A stretch of 63,854 bases of DNA, filler included, from a bacterium (lineage in GTDB: Bacteria > JAJRZV01), in assembly GCA_024275095.1 (NCBI GenBank). It is 7 parts of 7 records of this genome, joined end to end, with 100 filler letters (N's around TTAATTAATTAA, not from the genome) between each part and the next. Parts side by side here need not be neighbours in the genome. Positions count along the whole stretch, not along the records: positions 41,502 to 62,659 come from JAJRZV010000059.1; positions 62,760 to 63,854 come from JAJRZV010000025.1; 5 more parts are not named here. The stretch is one strand, 5' to 3'. A program made the translations under genes and the position numbers. Position 1 is the first letter of the stretch, and every line of letters starts with the position of its first letter. Shown piece after piece: positions 62,624 through 63,854 of this stretch. The notes under the pieces were generated by a model, which saw only the letters and a program-made list of their open reading frames with translations, was not told where the DNA came from and did no database searches.

Positions 62624-62659
62624 CGGGTTTCTCCTTTCCCTCTTCAAACAATTCGTAAA
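62592..62659 (-). CDS. Possible C-terminal tail of the upstream gene (cdaA expected from synteny)
   Basis: Open frame YELFEEGKEKPDETLFAESEV* from the contig edge; identity inferred only from position. Confidence 0.3.
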
Positions 62660-62759
62660 NNNNNNNNNNNNNNNNNNNNNNNNNNNNNNNNNNNNNNNNN
62701 NNNTTAATTAATTAANNNNNNNNNNNNNNNNNNNNNNNNNNNNNNNNNNNNNNNNNNNN
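62660..62759. other. Artificial contig linker
   Basis: N-run + TTAATTAATTAA + N-run. Confidence 0.99.
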
Positions 62760-62967
62760 GCGTCACGGTGTAGCTGGAGACCCCCCTGGTGGTGACGTAT
62801 CTCCAGCGGTTGTTCCCCTGCTGAACCGCGTATTCTGCTGTACCGGTGCCGGATAGAAGGCTTTCATCAGGGATGGTGGGAAATGAAGAGCGGGTGGATG
62901 TGCATGAACCCAGCATGAGCCCGAGATTCAAACAAAGTATAATTACAGCCATGCGGTTTATTTTCAT
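62760..62967 (-). CDS. Lipoprotein of unknown function (3' end cut by gap)
   Basis: RBS GGGAGGGG; MKINRM, hydrophobic core, lipobox LGSC. Confidence 0.7.
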
Positions 62968-63131
62968 TCCAATCCCCTCCCTTCAGCCGATGTTCAATCA
63001 AATTATAACAAAAAAGAACCCGGACGAATGCTCAATTCGGGAAAATTTTTGCCCCGGTTTTCGGGGTCTGGTCTCAACATTGGACATTCGGGGTTGTGCC
63101 GGGGTTTTGCGGGCGGTACGGCGGGTAGACG

Positions 63132-63230
63132 GGGATTGCTTCGTCGCTCTCGCGCAACAGGCGTGATCGCTTCTCGCAGTGAGTGTGTTGGGAAGGAGGG
63201 ATTGGTTGTTTCCCCATCTCGCAGTGAGTG
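63132..63230. repeat. Degenerate REP-like elements with 14-bp direct repeat
   Basis: GGGATTGCTTCGTCGC...CTCGCAGTGA; TCTCGCAGTGAGTG at 63172-63185 and 63217-63230. Confidence 0.45.
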
Positions 63231-63776
63231 ATGATGACGTTATTGCAGGCTGTTTTTTTCCGTTATTGCGGGCCACGCCTCTGGTATGCCTGCATTATCC
63301 TACCCGAACCGAATGGCGCGTTGGGAGGGGATATCGGAGAATTCCGGGGCGATCCGGGTTGACGTGGAAAATTGCTTTCCGGATTTAATGCAAAAATGTC
63401 TTCGAATAAATGAATAAATCTTTCCAGGAAATCGAAAAATTGAGCCTTGACCAGGCATCACAGGACATATAAGAGACTAACCAGGATTGCGCTTTCTGCA
63501 TTTTCCCTGAAGAAGAAAAAGAAAAAAAATTACCCTCAAGGAGTGAGAGGAATGGACATAGAACCCCGGGAGGCGCGGGATAAGAGAGCGGATTTTCGAA
63601 CCGCACGGGCGCGCTTTTAGGGTGTGGCAGTGGGTGCACGTGGAGGGTTGGGTGAGTGGGATTTTGTAGTGATTGGGGTGATGTGGCGCACGTTATATAA
63701 CTCGCTCTGCTCCTTTGAGGCAGTTGCCTATCGGTGGTTCTCATCCACCGGCAAATAGATATCACATAGACACTTG

Positions 63777-63847
63777 CTGGGGTGGGTGGATTCGAACCAC
63801 CGATCGGGGATCCAAAGTCCCCTGCCTTGCCGCTTGGCCACACCCCA
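63777..63847 (-). tRNA. tRNA-Gln (anticodon TTG)
   Basis: Cloverleaf: TGGGGTG/CACCCCA acceptor, GGGGA-CTTTGGA-TCCCC anticodon arm, GGTGG-TTCGAAT-CCACC T arm. Confidence 0.97.
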
Positions 63848-63854
63848 GGGTTAA

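Noticed and set aside
6562-62759. Six TTAATTAATTAA copies as a biological repeat
   Set aside because: Each is centred in a 100-nt N spacer; it is an all-frame-stop linker from contig concatenation. ORF ends reading XXXLIN are artefacts.
63385-63843. 152-aa ORF
   Set aside because: It begins inside the tRNA gene and has no protein-like features.
63777-63847. Ochre suppressor tRNA explaining the TAA codons
   Set aside because: The anticodon is TTG (Gln), not TTA.
1-63854. Complete TAA-to-sense reassignment
   Set aside because: TAA terminates genes at their expected C-termini (glnA 4579, ARMT1-neighbouring lipoprotein 51965, pdxJ 59531, prfB 51033); only context-dependent readthrough remains possible.
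1-63854. CRISPR array, transposase, integrase, prophage or rRNA
   Set aside because: No regularly spaced repeats or recognisable signatures seen.

Overview
Seven draft-assembly contigs (1-6561, 6662-14907, 15008-20914, 21015-34608, 34709-41401, 41502-62659, 62760-63854) joined by artificial 100-nt N/TTAATTAATTAA/N linkers, so adjacency across linkers means nothing. Gene content (lnt, TonB-type receptor, MYXO-CTERM-like anchor, orphan GspE-N, PEGA protein, P-II without Tyr51) suggests a diderm bacterium related to Desulfobacterota/Myxococcota (inference). Housekeeping loci: glnK-glnA-flotillin-glnA-GATase-nadE; hemW-hrcA-grpE-dnaK-dnaJ-ssb-khpA; dnaE-hflX; lnt-prfB; cdaR-glmM-pdxJ; tRNA-Gln. 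Main signals: (1) four otherwise intact genes, including dnaE and prfB, each carry one in-frame TAA (recoding or sequence artefact); (2) a surface-anchored protein resembling the BPI/LBP lipid-binding fold; (3) a CsgG-like/PEGA gene followed by two FG-GAP lipoproteins sharing a CYIKDYERNNPxDP N-terminus; (4) a Slam-like barrel/FecR/NHL-lipoprotein/degenerate-M50-cNMP operon; (5) a GT-C glycosyltransferase fused to two ILEI-type domains; (6) a 13-aa mini-ORF resembling an Amt C-terminal tail upstream of P-II. All family calls are by motif recognition; no searches were run.
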